64,000 nt of DNA from the NCBI GenBank assembly GCA_963760795.1, contig CAVXEP010000017.1, forward strand, positions 12,686-76,685, given 5' to 3'. Below, piece after piece: positions 20,740 to 29,474 of the stretch. Positions within the stretch are counted from its first letter, which is position 1; every line of letters begins with the position of its first letter. Under the pieces are notes generated by a model. It did no database searches. It was not told where the DNA came from and worked only from the letters and a program-made list of their open reading frames with translations. The position numbers and the translations under genes are program-made. The DNA is from an uncultured delta proteobacterium (GTDB lineage: Bacteria; Desulfobacterota; Binatia; UBA9968).

Positions 20740-21769
20740 ATGAACAAAAAACTCCAGAGACAATGGTTAAATTATTCTTTCGGCAATCCAAAATGGCTTG
20801 GGCTTTTCGCTCTGCTTTACATATTCGCGTTGAGTGCGACGGGAATGGGCGATGCCCAGCCAACAAAGGTTTGGAAGATCGGCGTGCTGGTTTCGAGCTC
20901 GCAGGCGTTGAACGCTGCCCGCGACGAGGCTTTGCGCCAGGGGCTGCGCGACCTGGGTTACGAAGAGGGCAAGAATATCGTCATGGAATATCGTTACGGC
21001 GAAGGAAAAACCGACCGCTTGGCGGCCCTCGCGCGCGAGCTGGTCGAGCACAAAGTCGACGTCATCGTCGCCGGCGGCACCAGCGTTGCGGTGGCGGCGA
21101 AGAACGCCACCAGCACGATACCGATCGTTGTCGCCGGCGCCGGCGATCTGGTCGAGGCCGGCTTGATCAATAGCTTCGTGTACCCCGGCGGCAACGTGAC
21201 CGGTGTGGCGCGCCTGTCCGCCGACTTCTTCGGCGACCGAATCAAATTGATCAGAGAAATCGTTCCGAAAGGTTCTATGATAGCCGCGCTGTTCAATCCC
21301 AAGAACCCCGGCCACGCCCGCAGCTTGAAGGATGCCGAGCTGGGAGTGCACTCGTCGGGAATGACCTTTCAATCCGTCGCGGCGAAATCCGCCAACGAAT
21401 TGGACGGCGCCATTAGTGGCGCAGCCAAAGGCGGCGCCAAGATGCTTTTCCTCCTGACCGACGCTATGTTCAACAGTAACCTCGCGCCGATTGCGGCAAG
21501 CGCGATCAAATTCAAACTGCCGTCGGTGTACGACCGTGGCGAGTTTGTCGAAGCCGGCGGACTGCTAAGCCACGGCGTCAACCTGCCTGACCTATCGCGG
21601 CGCGCCGCCGAGTATGTCGATCAGATACTCAAAGGCAAAAAGCCCGGCGATCTCACCCTGGTCCAACCGATCAAGCTCGATCTGTCGATTAATCTCAAAG
21701 ACCGCCAAACAGATCAACGTAACGATTCCAGCCCCGATGGTACAGCGCGCGGTGAAAGTCATTCAATGA
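20740..21769 (+). CDS. ABC-type solute-binding protein (ABC_sub_bind / BMP-like family), frame break near the 3' end
   Basis: Track ORF 20740-21789. Motifs: KIGVLVSSS, VDVIVAGGTSVAVAAKNATSTIPIV, NVTGV. The family-typical end NLKTAKQINVTIPAPMVQRAVKVIQ-stop appears after skipping one base near 21698-21702, which gives the stop at 21767-21769. Confidence 0.75.
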
Positions 21770-21977
21770 AAGAAGCCAACCGGCATTAGGCAGTGGCAGC
21801 CAGGGAGCATGAATAAAAGAAGTGGGAAGCGACGGCTCGATTTCTTTTCGGCCAATTGAAAATCCGATAGCGGCCCCGCAGACGCAAAGCGGCGCATCTC
21901 ACCCAAACGGAGTTGACAAAGACTCCGTGTCGCGAGTTTGGCTCAAGGAAAACCAACCTCCCGAGAACTCGACTCCG

Positions 21978-23009
21978 CTACCGGATCTGAAAAATCTCGC
22001 GCCAGAGTTTTTGATACTTGGGATAGTCTTTGCCGTCTTCAACCGTCAGCATGTAGACCTTCGCCGGGCGGCTTTTTTCCAGCGGCTCCACTTTGGGATG
22101 GGCCGGGGTCTCGCCGGCTTGGGCGTAAACTTTCTGGCCTTCCTCGCTGATCAGCCAGCGCGCCCAGAGTAAGCCCGGCGTTGGGATGGGGCGAGTCTTT
22201 CAAAACTGTCACTGTGCCGCCGACATGGCCGACGCCTTCGGAGAGCATCAACTGCAACGGCGATCCTAACTTGATGCGCGGCGGGAAGTGATGTCCATAA
22301 CAGGTCAAACAGACATCGGCCTGGCCGGCCGCGAGGAGCTCGATCAATTGCGAGTGGCCGCGATGAAACTCGGGGTTGTTGACGGCGATCTTTTTGAACA
22401 GCTCGATGGCTTTGTCGTCGCTGGCGTACTTGTACTTGGCCAAGCCCATGAGCAATTGGAAATCCCGCGGCTCGGCAGCCAGTCGCTTATTCCACTTCGG
22501 ATCGGCGAACTCTTCGAACTGCCTGGGCTCTTCGCCCTTTTTCACCCGGCTGGTGTTCCAACCGGCGACGAAGTATTCGGTATCCGACGCCACCCAGTAG
22601 CTGCCCTTCATGCCGGCGGGATAGGCGGCAGCTTCGGGTAGTGCAATATCCATCAGCAGGTTTTGTTCCTTCAACTGCTGCAGGTACACCTGCGTGCCGC
22701 CAAAGACATCGCCGAACACTTTACCGCCGCGCGCCTCGGCGATGGCGCGCGCGACCAGCTTGTCGGAAGTCGCGTCGACATGCTCGATGGTGATACCGGG
22801 AAAACGCTTGCGGAACGCCGGGAAAACGATCTCTTCGGTTTTCGCCGATAACGGCGCGTAGACAACCACGCGCCCTTCTTTTTTCGCCCGCTGATAAATC
22901 TCATCTAAAGATTGCGCCGCCACCGAGCCAGGCTGCAGGAGAAGATAACCAACAATAACGATTAAACTCGTCAGCGATTAGTTTTTCTCGAAAGACTACC
23001 GTAACCCAT
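21978..23009 (-). CDS. periplasmic solute-binding protein, SBP family 1 paralog; two frame breaks
   Basis: Core is track ORF 22039-22923. The C-terminus ...HPNAG / LLWARWLISEEGQKVYAQ...WREIFQIR-stop (21978) is recovered after a shift at the CCC run 22174-22176. The signal peptide MGYGSLSRKTNR / TSLIVIVGYLLLQPGSVAAQS is recovered from ATG 23009 (GGAGG RBS) after a shift near 22972. Confidence 0.7.
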
Positions 23010-23041
23010 GCCCAGTCCTCCTTCTAGGTTATTCGAACGAA

Positions 23042-23090
23042 AGGAGGGCGGACATTCCTGTCCGCCTGGCGGGTGGAAACCGCCTCCTAT
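23042..23090. repeat. double-hairpin repeat element, copy 2
   Basis: aggagggcggacattcctgtccgcctggcgggtggaaaccgcctcctat. Compare 18227-18283. Confidence 0.75.
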
Positions 23091-23156
23091 CGCTCCGTCG
23101 CGCAAAGCAGCTTTCGGTAATTTTTGAATTTCCCATCAGGCGCGCTTTGCGCGCGC

Positions 23157-24208
23157 CTACATATCCACCTTCACGCCGTTCTTGGCGCACTCGTCGGCGA
23201 ACATTTGCCGCATCCACTCGTCGCCTTCCTCGAACTCGATCTGCTCGACGCCGCGCTCTTCGCCTTGCACCGCCGTGTTGGCGTGTAGCGCGACAAACTT
23301 ACAGGGCTTATTGCCGGTGTTGTAATGCTGGTGCCACGAGCCTGCCGGCGGCGAGATCACCGTGCCTTCATGCCAGTCGTAGCGCTGCGGCTTTGCGCCC
23401 TCCTGCCACATCAGCGTGTAGCCGGTGGAGTCGAGCAGAAACACATGGGCGCCGGGGCCGTGGCGGTGGGCTTTTTTGTAACGGCCGACGGGGAATTCCG
23501 AAACATGCGCCAGCATCGAGCCGCCGGACATGTGAATATACATGTTGCGCGTGCCTTTGCCGCGCTTCTCGCGGGCGACGAGATTGATCTTGCGGATGTC
23601 GGGGATGAAATTGGAGTGTAAAATGCCGCCGTAGTACTCAGTGAAATATTTTCCTTCTTTGGCAAAGAACTCGGCGTCACCGGGATCGAAGCGGTCCTTG
23701 AACTGGTAATTGGTGTTGTAGATAAATTCCGGGTCGCGGTACAGCTCGAACGCCACCGGCTGGCTGGTCAGCGCGAAATAGCGGCCGGCTCGCTGCCGCT
23801 GGCATTGAAATGCTGGTGCCAGGCGTTGAGCGGAATCGCGAAGGTGCTGCCGCGCTCCCACTCAAAAGTTCGCTTCAACCTGCCGTCATACCACACCGAA
23901 GTCGCGCCGCGCCCGGCGGCGACAGTGATGATCTCTTCGTAGAGTTGGCGCTGCGGCTTGGAACTTTTCCCCGCATCGATCTCGCAAATATAGCCGTCCG
24001 CCACCATCTGATCGGAGAAAGTGCAAATCGCCCCTTTACAGTCTTTGCGCGGCCAATACTTGAGCGGTTCGGTGCGCACATCCTGGACGAACTCACCGCC
24101 GACGATCGGCACGCCCTCGGCTTTGAGCCAATTCTTGTACGGACTGTACTTGTCCATCATGAACTGGACATAGGGATGAACTTCAAATTCCTTCTGCGGC
24201 CCGGCCAT
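23157..24208 (-). CDS. bicupin protein (two cupin barrels; gentisate/2,5-dihydroxypyridine-dioxygenase-like architecture), one frame break
   Basis: Track ORFs 23768-24208 and 23157-23861. They join as ...NAWHQHFNASGSEPA / RYFALTSQPVAFELY. The second barrel has HRHGPGAHVF...GSWHQHYNTG. A C appears to be missing in the C run at 23783-23788. Confidence 0.65.
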
Positions 24209-24290
24209 AAACTACCTCCATGAACCTGCGCCGAACTTACTTCCCACAGTGAAGCAGTGTCAATGCTTGGAATCATGATGAAGGAGATCT

Positions 24291-24366
24291 CACCACGAAG
24301 ATCGCGAAGGACACGAAGGTTTTGGACGAATTAAATTCCGAACTTCATGCTCTTCTGTCCTCCTTG
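24291..24366. repeat. degenerate copy of the CACGAAGG-unit hairpin element
   Basis: caccacgaagatcgcgaaggacacgaaggttttggacgaattaaattccgaacttcatgctcttctgtcctcc. Compare the intact copy at 41393-41470. Confidence 0.55.
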
Positions 24367-24410
24367 AAAAGTGAGGGATGATATGCACATCGAAGAATCT
24401 CCGGAGCTCC

Positions 24411-24487
24411 GTCATACCCGCGAAAGCGGGTATCCAGGCTAATTCGGCGCAGAACTAAACCTGGATTCCCGCGTGCGCGGGAATGAC
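24411..24487. repeat. inverted-repeat element whose two arms are themselves hairpins
   Basis: gtcatacccgcgaaagcgggtatccagg ...21 nt... cctggattcccgcgtgcgcgggaatgac. The arms are reverse complements at most positions. Confidence 0.65.
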
Positions 24488-24631
24488 GAATCGAGGAGGG
24501 GGGATGTTCTGGGAGTGGTAACCATTTTCATCGTCTATAGGCCAGCGCAAGCTCATGGACACTTCGTGGTAAATACGTCTTTGCTTGGTGGCGGACAAGG
24601 GTGATATACGACGGCTTGTGGAGGAATTACC

Positions 24632-25633
24632 ATGAGCCAAACCGTACGCGCCTTTGCGGTCGCTTTTTGTCTCCTGACGACACCGGTCCTAAGCTTTTCC
24701 CAAAGCAAAGATCTCACGCGCATTCGCGTCAGCTACTCCTCCATCGGCGCCGCGTCGCTGCCGACCTGGGTTGCCGTGGACGCCGGCATCTTCAATAAAC
24801 ATGGCCTCGATGTCGGCTTGATTTACATCGGCGGCGGGCCGCGCGCCATGTCGACCACCATCGCCAACGAAACCCAGATCACTCAAGGCGCCGGTACCGG
24901 CAGCATCCTGGCGAAGGTGGGCGGCGCCGATACCGTCATGTTCGCCACGCTGGTAAATACCACGCCGCAAAGCCTGATCGTCCATCCGGACCTGCGCTCG
25001 CCGCAGGATTTGAAAGGCAAGAAGCTCGGCGTCACCCGCTTCGGCGCGCTCAGCGATTTCGGCGTGCGCAAATATTTGCAGAAAATCAATCTAGAGCCGG
25101 AAAAAGATGTCGCCCTCTTGCAATTGGGCGGCCTGCCGGAAATCCTCGCCGCCCTGCAGAGCGGCGCCATCCATGGCGGCGCACTGTCGTCGCCGGCGCT
25201 GACTAAAGCGAAGCACTTAGGGTTCAAAGAATTGATGGATTTGGGTAATCTCGGCATTCAATATCCCGGTCTCTCCTATATGGCGACCGAATCCTACATC
25301 AAGACCCATCGCGCCACCGTCATTAATTTTCTCAAAGCGATCATCGAGTCGACGCATAGCTTGAAGCGCAACAAAGACTTCACCATCCGCGTGCTGAAAA
25401 AATATACCAAGATGGACGAGCCGGCCGTGCTCGACGAAACCTACGAATTGTTCACCCAGCGCTATTTCCGTCTGGTGCCAACGCCGTCGGGCGAAGAAGT
25501 AAAAACCGTCCTCGACCAGATCAAGGACAAAGATCCAAAAGCCCGCACCACCGACTACGACAGCTTCATCCGCACCGATCTGCTGCGCGAGATCGAGCAG
25601 AGCGGCTTCATCAAGGCATTGGCCAAGGGTTAG
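24632..25633 (+). CDS. periplasmic solute-binding protein, NMT1/THI5-like (nitrate/sulfonate/bicarbonate family)
   Basis: 333-aa ORF with a GGAGGA RBS. Signal FAVAFCLLTTPVLSFS. Motif DLKGKKLGVTRFGALSDF. Paralogs lie at 37606 and 61294. Confidence 0.75.
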   Translation: MSQTVRAFAVAFCLLTTPVLSFSQSKDLTRIRVSYSSIGAASLPTWVAVDAGIFNKHGLDVGLIYIGGGPRAMSTTIANETQITQGAGTGSILAKVGGADTVMFATLVNTTPQSLIVHPDLRSPQDLKGKKLGVTRFGALSDFGVRKYLQKINLEPEKDVALLQLGGLPEILAALQSGAIHGGALSSPALTKAKHLGFKELMDLGNLGIQYPGLSYMATESYIKTHRATVINFLKAIIESTHSLKRNKDFTIRVLKKYTKMDEPAVLDETYELFTQRYFRLVPTPSGEEVKTVLDQIKDKDPKARTTDYDSFIRTDLLREIEQSGFIKALAKG

Positions 25634-25837
25634 CCGCCTAAATCAAAATCCGTAGGGAGTTTCGAGGTTAAGTCCCGATTGGCTCATCGAAGCCGGCCAA
25701 ATTCGGGGTATTTTTTCACTTTCGCCTCGATCCGGCGGCGATTCCATTGCGGCTACCCTCATGGACTTTGCCAAGAAAAATGTGATAAGAATTTTGCTTC
25801 AATCCTGAATTATTATTCATCACAAGGAGATAGAAGA

Positions 25838-26833
25838 ATGGCGACAAAGCTGAAATTTGGATTACTGCTGCCGCATTTTTGCGAGTATGGCTCCACCGAA
25901 CTATGTGTTGAGGGATCAAAAAAAGCCGAGGCTTATGGCTTCGACTCGGTTTGGGTCAGAGACCACTTGGTTTTCGAGCCCCATGGCATGGAAGGTGAAG
26001 ACAACACCCACATCGAAGGCTTGCTGATCCTCGCGGCGGTGGCCACGGTTTGTAAAAAATTGACGCTCGGCACCGGCACGGTGATCTCCCATCGCCATCC
26101 GATTCATCTGGCACAATCCATGGCCGGCTTGAGCACGATGTGCGAGAACCTCATCATGGGTCTGGGCCTTGGTACTTTTCCCCATGAATTCGAAGCCGCC
26201 GGTCACACCAAAACGACACTGCAGGATCGCGCCAACGTCGCCAAGATCAATGCGCAGCTGTGCCGCCGCTTCTGGGCCGGTGAAAAGATCAGCTACAAGG
26301 ACGACTATTACGATTTCAAGGACGTCGAGCTCAAACCGACGCCGAGCAAAAAAATTCCGATTTGGTACGGCGGCGGCACGCCGGCTTCGGCGCGCCGCGC
26401 GGCGGATTATTGCGACGGCTGGATGCCTGGCCGTATTCCCACGGCGACATTCAATAAGATGGTGAAATACTTGGAAGAGCAGTGCAAGCTCGCCGGCCAC
26501 CCCATGGTTACCACCGGCGCGATTCCGATCACCAGCATCGATAAGAATAGAGATGTCGCGCTCAGCAAGGTCAACACCAAGGGGCTGATCAACGAAGGCA
26601 ACTCGCCGAGCAAAAAGACCTGGGTGAAACCGAAATCCGGGACCTTTTCGACTGTCGAAGATATAGAAGGCTTGCTGATGGCCGGCACCCCGGCGGATAT
26701 CGCGCGCGACACCAAGCGTTACGAAGAGGCCGGCCTCAATCACATCGTTTTCGATCTGCGCTTCCGCTACGCCGATTGGTATCAGCAGATCGACTATCTG
26801 GGTCAGGAAGTGCTTCCCGCGGTTCGCGCGTAA
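25838..26833 (+). CDS. LLM-class (luciferase-like) flavin/F420-dependent oxidoreductase
   Basis: Track ORF 25679-26833 trimmed to ATG 25838 (AAGGAGA RBS). MATKLKFGLLLPHF...AEAYGFDSVWVRDHLVF...LGLGLG is typical of the LLM fold. Confidence 0.78.
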   Translation: MATKLKFGLLLPHFCEYGSTELCVEGSKKAEAYGFDSVWVRDHLVFEPHGMEGEDNTHIEGLLILAAVATVCKKLTLGTGTVISHRHPIHLAQSMAGLSTMCENLIMGLGLGTFPHEFEAAGHTKTTLQDRANVAKINAQLCRRFWAGEKISYKDDYYDFKDVELKPTPSKKIPIWYGGGTPASARRAADYCDGWMPGRIPTATFNKMVKYLEEQCKLAGHPMVTTGAIPITSIDKNRDVALSKVNTKGLINEGNSPSKKTWVKPKSGTFSTVEDIEGLLMAGTPADIARDTKRYEEAGLNHIVFDLRFRYADWYQQIDYLGQEVLPAVRA

Positions 26834-26837
26834 TTAA

Positions 26838-26917
26838 GGTTCAAACAGTTCAAACATCCGATCCGAATCCGCAATACGGTTTGAACGACTTGAACGGTTT
26901 GAACTTTTTGAACGAAC
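26838..26917. repeat. hairpin element with TTGAAC/GTTCAA unit arms
   Basis: Left arm ggttcaaacagttcaaaca, loop tccgatccgaatccgcaatac, right arm ggtttgaacgacttgaacggtttgaactttttgaacgaac. It fills the gap between LLM gene 1 and the hydrolase gene. Confidence 0.65.
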
Positions 26918-26932
26918 TTTAGGAGATCTAGA

Positions 26933-27853
26933 ATGCGTACCGAAAAAGTAAATTTCTACAGCGAAGGCATCAAGCTCGCCGGCGTGATTTACCTGCCAGA
27001 CTCAGACCAAGGCAAGCCTTATCCCGGCATCGTTCAGGGTCCCGGCTTTCTCGGACTCAAAGACGCCAAGCACTATATCTTGATGTTCGAGAAGCTCTGC
27101 GCCGCCGGTTACGCCTGTCTGTGCTTCGATTACCGCGGTTGGGGCGATAGCGAAGGTGACGACCGCGGCTGGGTCATGCCCAAATGGCAGGCGGAAGATA
27201 TCCGCAGCGCGCTCAGCTTCATGGAAACCCGCGCGGATATCGACCCCGACCGGCTCGCCACCTACGGCTCCGGCGGCACCGGCGGCGGCAACGCCGTCTA
27301 CGTCGCGGCCATCGATGCCCGGGTGAAATGCTGCGTCAGCTACCTGGGCGTCAGCAGCGGCCGCGAGTGGCTCCACTCCATGCGCCGCGAGTACGAATGG
27401 GTCGATTACTTGAAAAGCATGGAGGTCGACCGCAAGCAACGCGCGCTAACCGGCAAAGGCGCCATCGTCAGCGCCCGCGAAGGCGGCGTCATGGTGCAGA
27501 CCCCGGAGCGCGTGACCACTACGATCAAGAAAGACGTGGCCGATAAAATTCCCGACGCCATGCCGCTCGCCTGCGCCGAGGCGATCCTGGAATATAATCC
27601 CATCGATTTGGTGCACAAGATTTCGCCGCGCGGCGTGCTCTTCATCGCCGTCGAAGGCGATGCGGTGACACCGGAACAGCAGTCCTTCGATTTATACAAA
27701 GCGGCGGGTGAGCCGAAGAAGTTGGTGCTCTATAAGAAAACCACCCACTACGGCATTTACAACGATTATTTCGACGATGTCGCCGCCAACGTGGTCGACT
27801 GGTATAACCGCCACTTGAAGTACCACAAAGTCGAAATCACCGAGACCAAGTAG
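26933..27853 (+). CDS. alpha/beta-fold hydrolase
   Basis: 306-aa ORF. PGIVQGPGFLGLKD...CFDYRGWGDSEG... is typical of the fold. I could not see a canonical GxSxG nucleophile elbow. Confidence 0.6.
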   Translation: MRTEKVNFYSEGIKLAGVIYLPDSDQGKPYPGIVQGPGFLGLKDAKHYILMFEKLCAAGYACLCFDYRGWGDSEGDDRGWVMPKWQAEDIRSALSFMETRADIDPDRLATYGSGGTGGGNAVYVAAIDARVKCCVSYLGVSSGREWLHSMRREYEWVDYLKSMEVDRKQRALTGKGAIVSAREGGVMVQTPERVTTTIKKDVADKIPDAMPLACAEAILEYNPIDLVHKISPRGVLFIAVEGDAVTPEQQSFDLYKAAGEPKKLVLYKKTTHYGIYNDYFDDVAANVVDWYNRHLKYHKVEITETK

Positions 27854-27862
27854 GAGTAGAAA

Positions 27863-28885
27863 ATGAACAAAATTTCCTTTGGCGTGCGCGTGCCCAACTC
27901 GGGACCGCTGTCGAGCATCGAGAACATCGTTAAAGCGACCAAGGCAGCCGAAAGCATGGGCTTCGACGCCGTCTGGGTGCATGACCATGTGGTGTGGAGT
28001 TCGGAAATGCACCGCCATCATATTTCGTCCGGCGCCGCCGAAGCGCTGACCGACACCCAGGATGCAAATTTTTTTGAAGCGACGACGATTCTGTCGTACT
28101 TGGCGGCGGAAACCAAAAAAATCGTCCTCGGCGTCGCCTGCTTGGTCATGCCCTGCCGCAATCCGATTTACGCCGCCAAACAATACTCGACCCTAGACAT
28201 TCTTGCTCAGGGCCGTTTGCTGGTCGGCGTCGGTTTGGGTTCCAAAGCGACCCGCGAGTCGGACGAGTTCGGCGTCTTTGGCGTGCCCTATGATCGCCGC
28301 GGCGACCGCACGGACGAATATATCGAAGCGATGAAAGCGATCTGGACCCAACCGCTGGCTTCTTACAAAGGCGATTTCATCCAATTCAACAATGCCGAAG
28401 TATTTCCCAAGCCGTTTCAAAAGCCCCATCCGCCAGTCTGGGTCGGCGGCTGGATGAAGCTCGCCGCCAAGCGCGCCGGTAAATACGGCGAAGGCTGGAT
28501 TCCCGGCTGGTTGTCGCCGAAGGAGATGAAAGTCGGCTGCGATATTCTCAACAAGACCGCCGAAGACAATGGCCGCGATCCGAAAAAGATCACCATCGCC
28601 GTTGAAAAGCTGGCGACCATCGCCAAGACCCGCGACGAAGGTTTGAACCTGGCGATGCCGACACTCAAAACCAGCAGCGAGAGCTACGAGCGCGACATCG
28701 ACAGCATGCAGTTCGCCCTGGACCGCCATATCTTCGGTTCGGTGGACGATGTGCGCCGCCGCGTCGATGAGTTTATCGAAAACGGCGTGCAGCATTTTGA
28801 ACTCAAGATCATCTATCCGACCATGGATAGCTTGACCGAGCAGATGGAACTGTGGGCCGAGAATATTCTGCCGCGGTATAACTAA
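27863..28885 (+). CDS. LLM-class (luciferase-like) flavin/F420-dependent oxidoreductase, second copy
   Basis: 340-aa ORF: KISFGVRVPNSGPL...AESMGFDAVWVHDHVVW...VGVGLG...KPHPPVWVGG. Confidence 0.78.
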   Translation: MNKISFGVRVPNSGPLSSIENIVKATKAAESMGFDAVWVHDHVVWSSEMHRHHISSGAAEALTDTQDANFFEATTILSYLAAETKKIVLGVACLVMPCRNPIYAAKQYSTLDILAQGRLLVGVGLGSKATRESDEFGVFGVPYDRRGDRTDEYIEAMKAIWTQPLASYKGDFIQFNNAEVFPKPFQKPHPPVWVGGWMKLAAKRAGKYGEGWIPGWLSPKEMKVGCDILNKTAEDNGRDPKKITIAVEKLATIAKTRDEGLNLAMPTLKTSSESYERDIDSMQFALDRHIFGSVDDVRRRVDEFIENGVQHFELKIIYPTMDSLTEQMELWAENILPRYN

Positions 28886-28887
28886 AG

Positions 28888-28966
28888 ATTGGAGTAATGG
28901 AGTGGCGGAGTGATGGAGTATTGGGTCTAAGAAAACCCAGCACTCCAGGACTCCATTACTCCAATT
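28888..28966. repeat. GGAGTNNT-unit hairpin element, copy 1
   Basis: attggagtaatggagtggcggagtgatggagtattgggt - loop - acccagcactccaggactccattactccaat. It fills the gap between LLM gene 2 and the 2Fe-2S subunit gene. Confidence 0.75.
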
Positions 28967-28976
28967 GAACTTACCC

Positions 28977-29474
28977 ATGAATCTGCAATTTATCCTAAAC
29001 GGCAAGCCCTGGTCGGTGGAGTGCGAGCCGGCGGACACGCTGGCCGAGGTGCTGCGCAATCAGCTCAACTTGAACGGCACGAAAGTGTCCTGCGAAGTGC
29101 AAGTGTGCGGCGCCTGCACGGTGCTGGTCGATAATCTGCCGGTGAGCGCCTGCACCTATCTCGCCTACGAAGCGCGCGGCAAAAACCTCTTGACCGTCGA
29201 AGGTTTGGAAAAAGCCGATGGCACGCTGCATCCGATCCAGCAGGCCTTCATCGACGAGTTCGCCTTTCAGTGCGGCTTCTGCACGCCGGGCATGATCATG
29301 GCGACCAAAGCGCTGTTGGATGAGATTCCCAATCCGACTCGCGAAGAGATCATCCACCACATGGACGGCAATATCTGCCGCTGCACCGGCTACGTGCCGA
29401 TCGTCGCCGCCATCCAACGCGCCGCCGGCATGATGTCCAAGGAGATCCCAAGTGAGCGCCGAAAAGCCAACTGA
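28977..29474 (+). CDS. molybdenum hydroxylase small subunit, (2Fe-2S)-binding (CoxS/XdhC-like)
   Basis: Track ORF 28965-29474 trimmed to ATG 28977. Motifs: CEVQVCGACTV, QCGFCTPGMIM, NICRCTGY. Confidence 0.88.
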   Translation: MNLQFILNGKPWSVECEPADTLAEVLRNQLNLNGTKVSCEVQVCGACTVLVDNLPVSACTYLAYEARGKNLLTVEGLEKADGTLHPIQQAFIDEFAFQCGFCTPGMIMATKALLDEIPNPTREEIIHHMDGNICRCTGYVPIVAAIQRAAGMMSKEIPSERRKAN

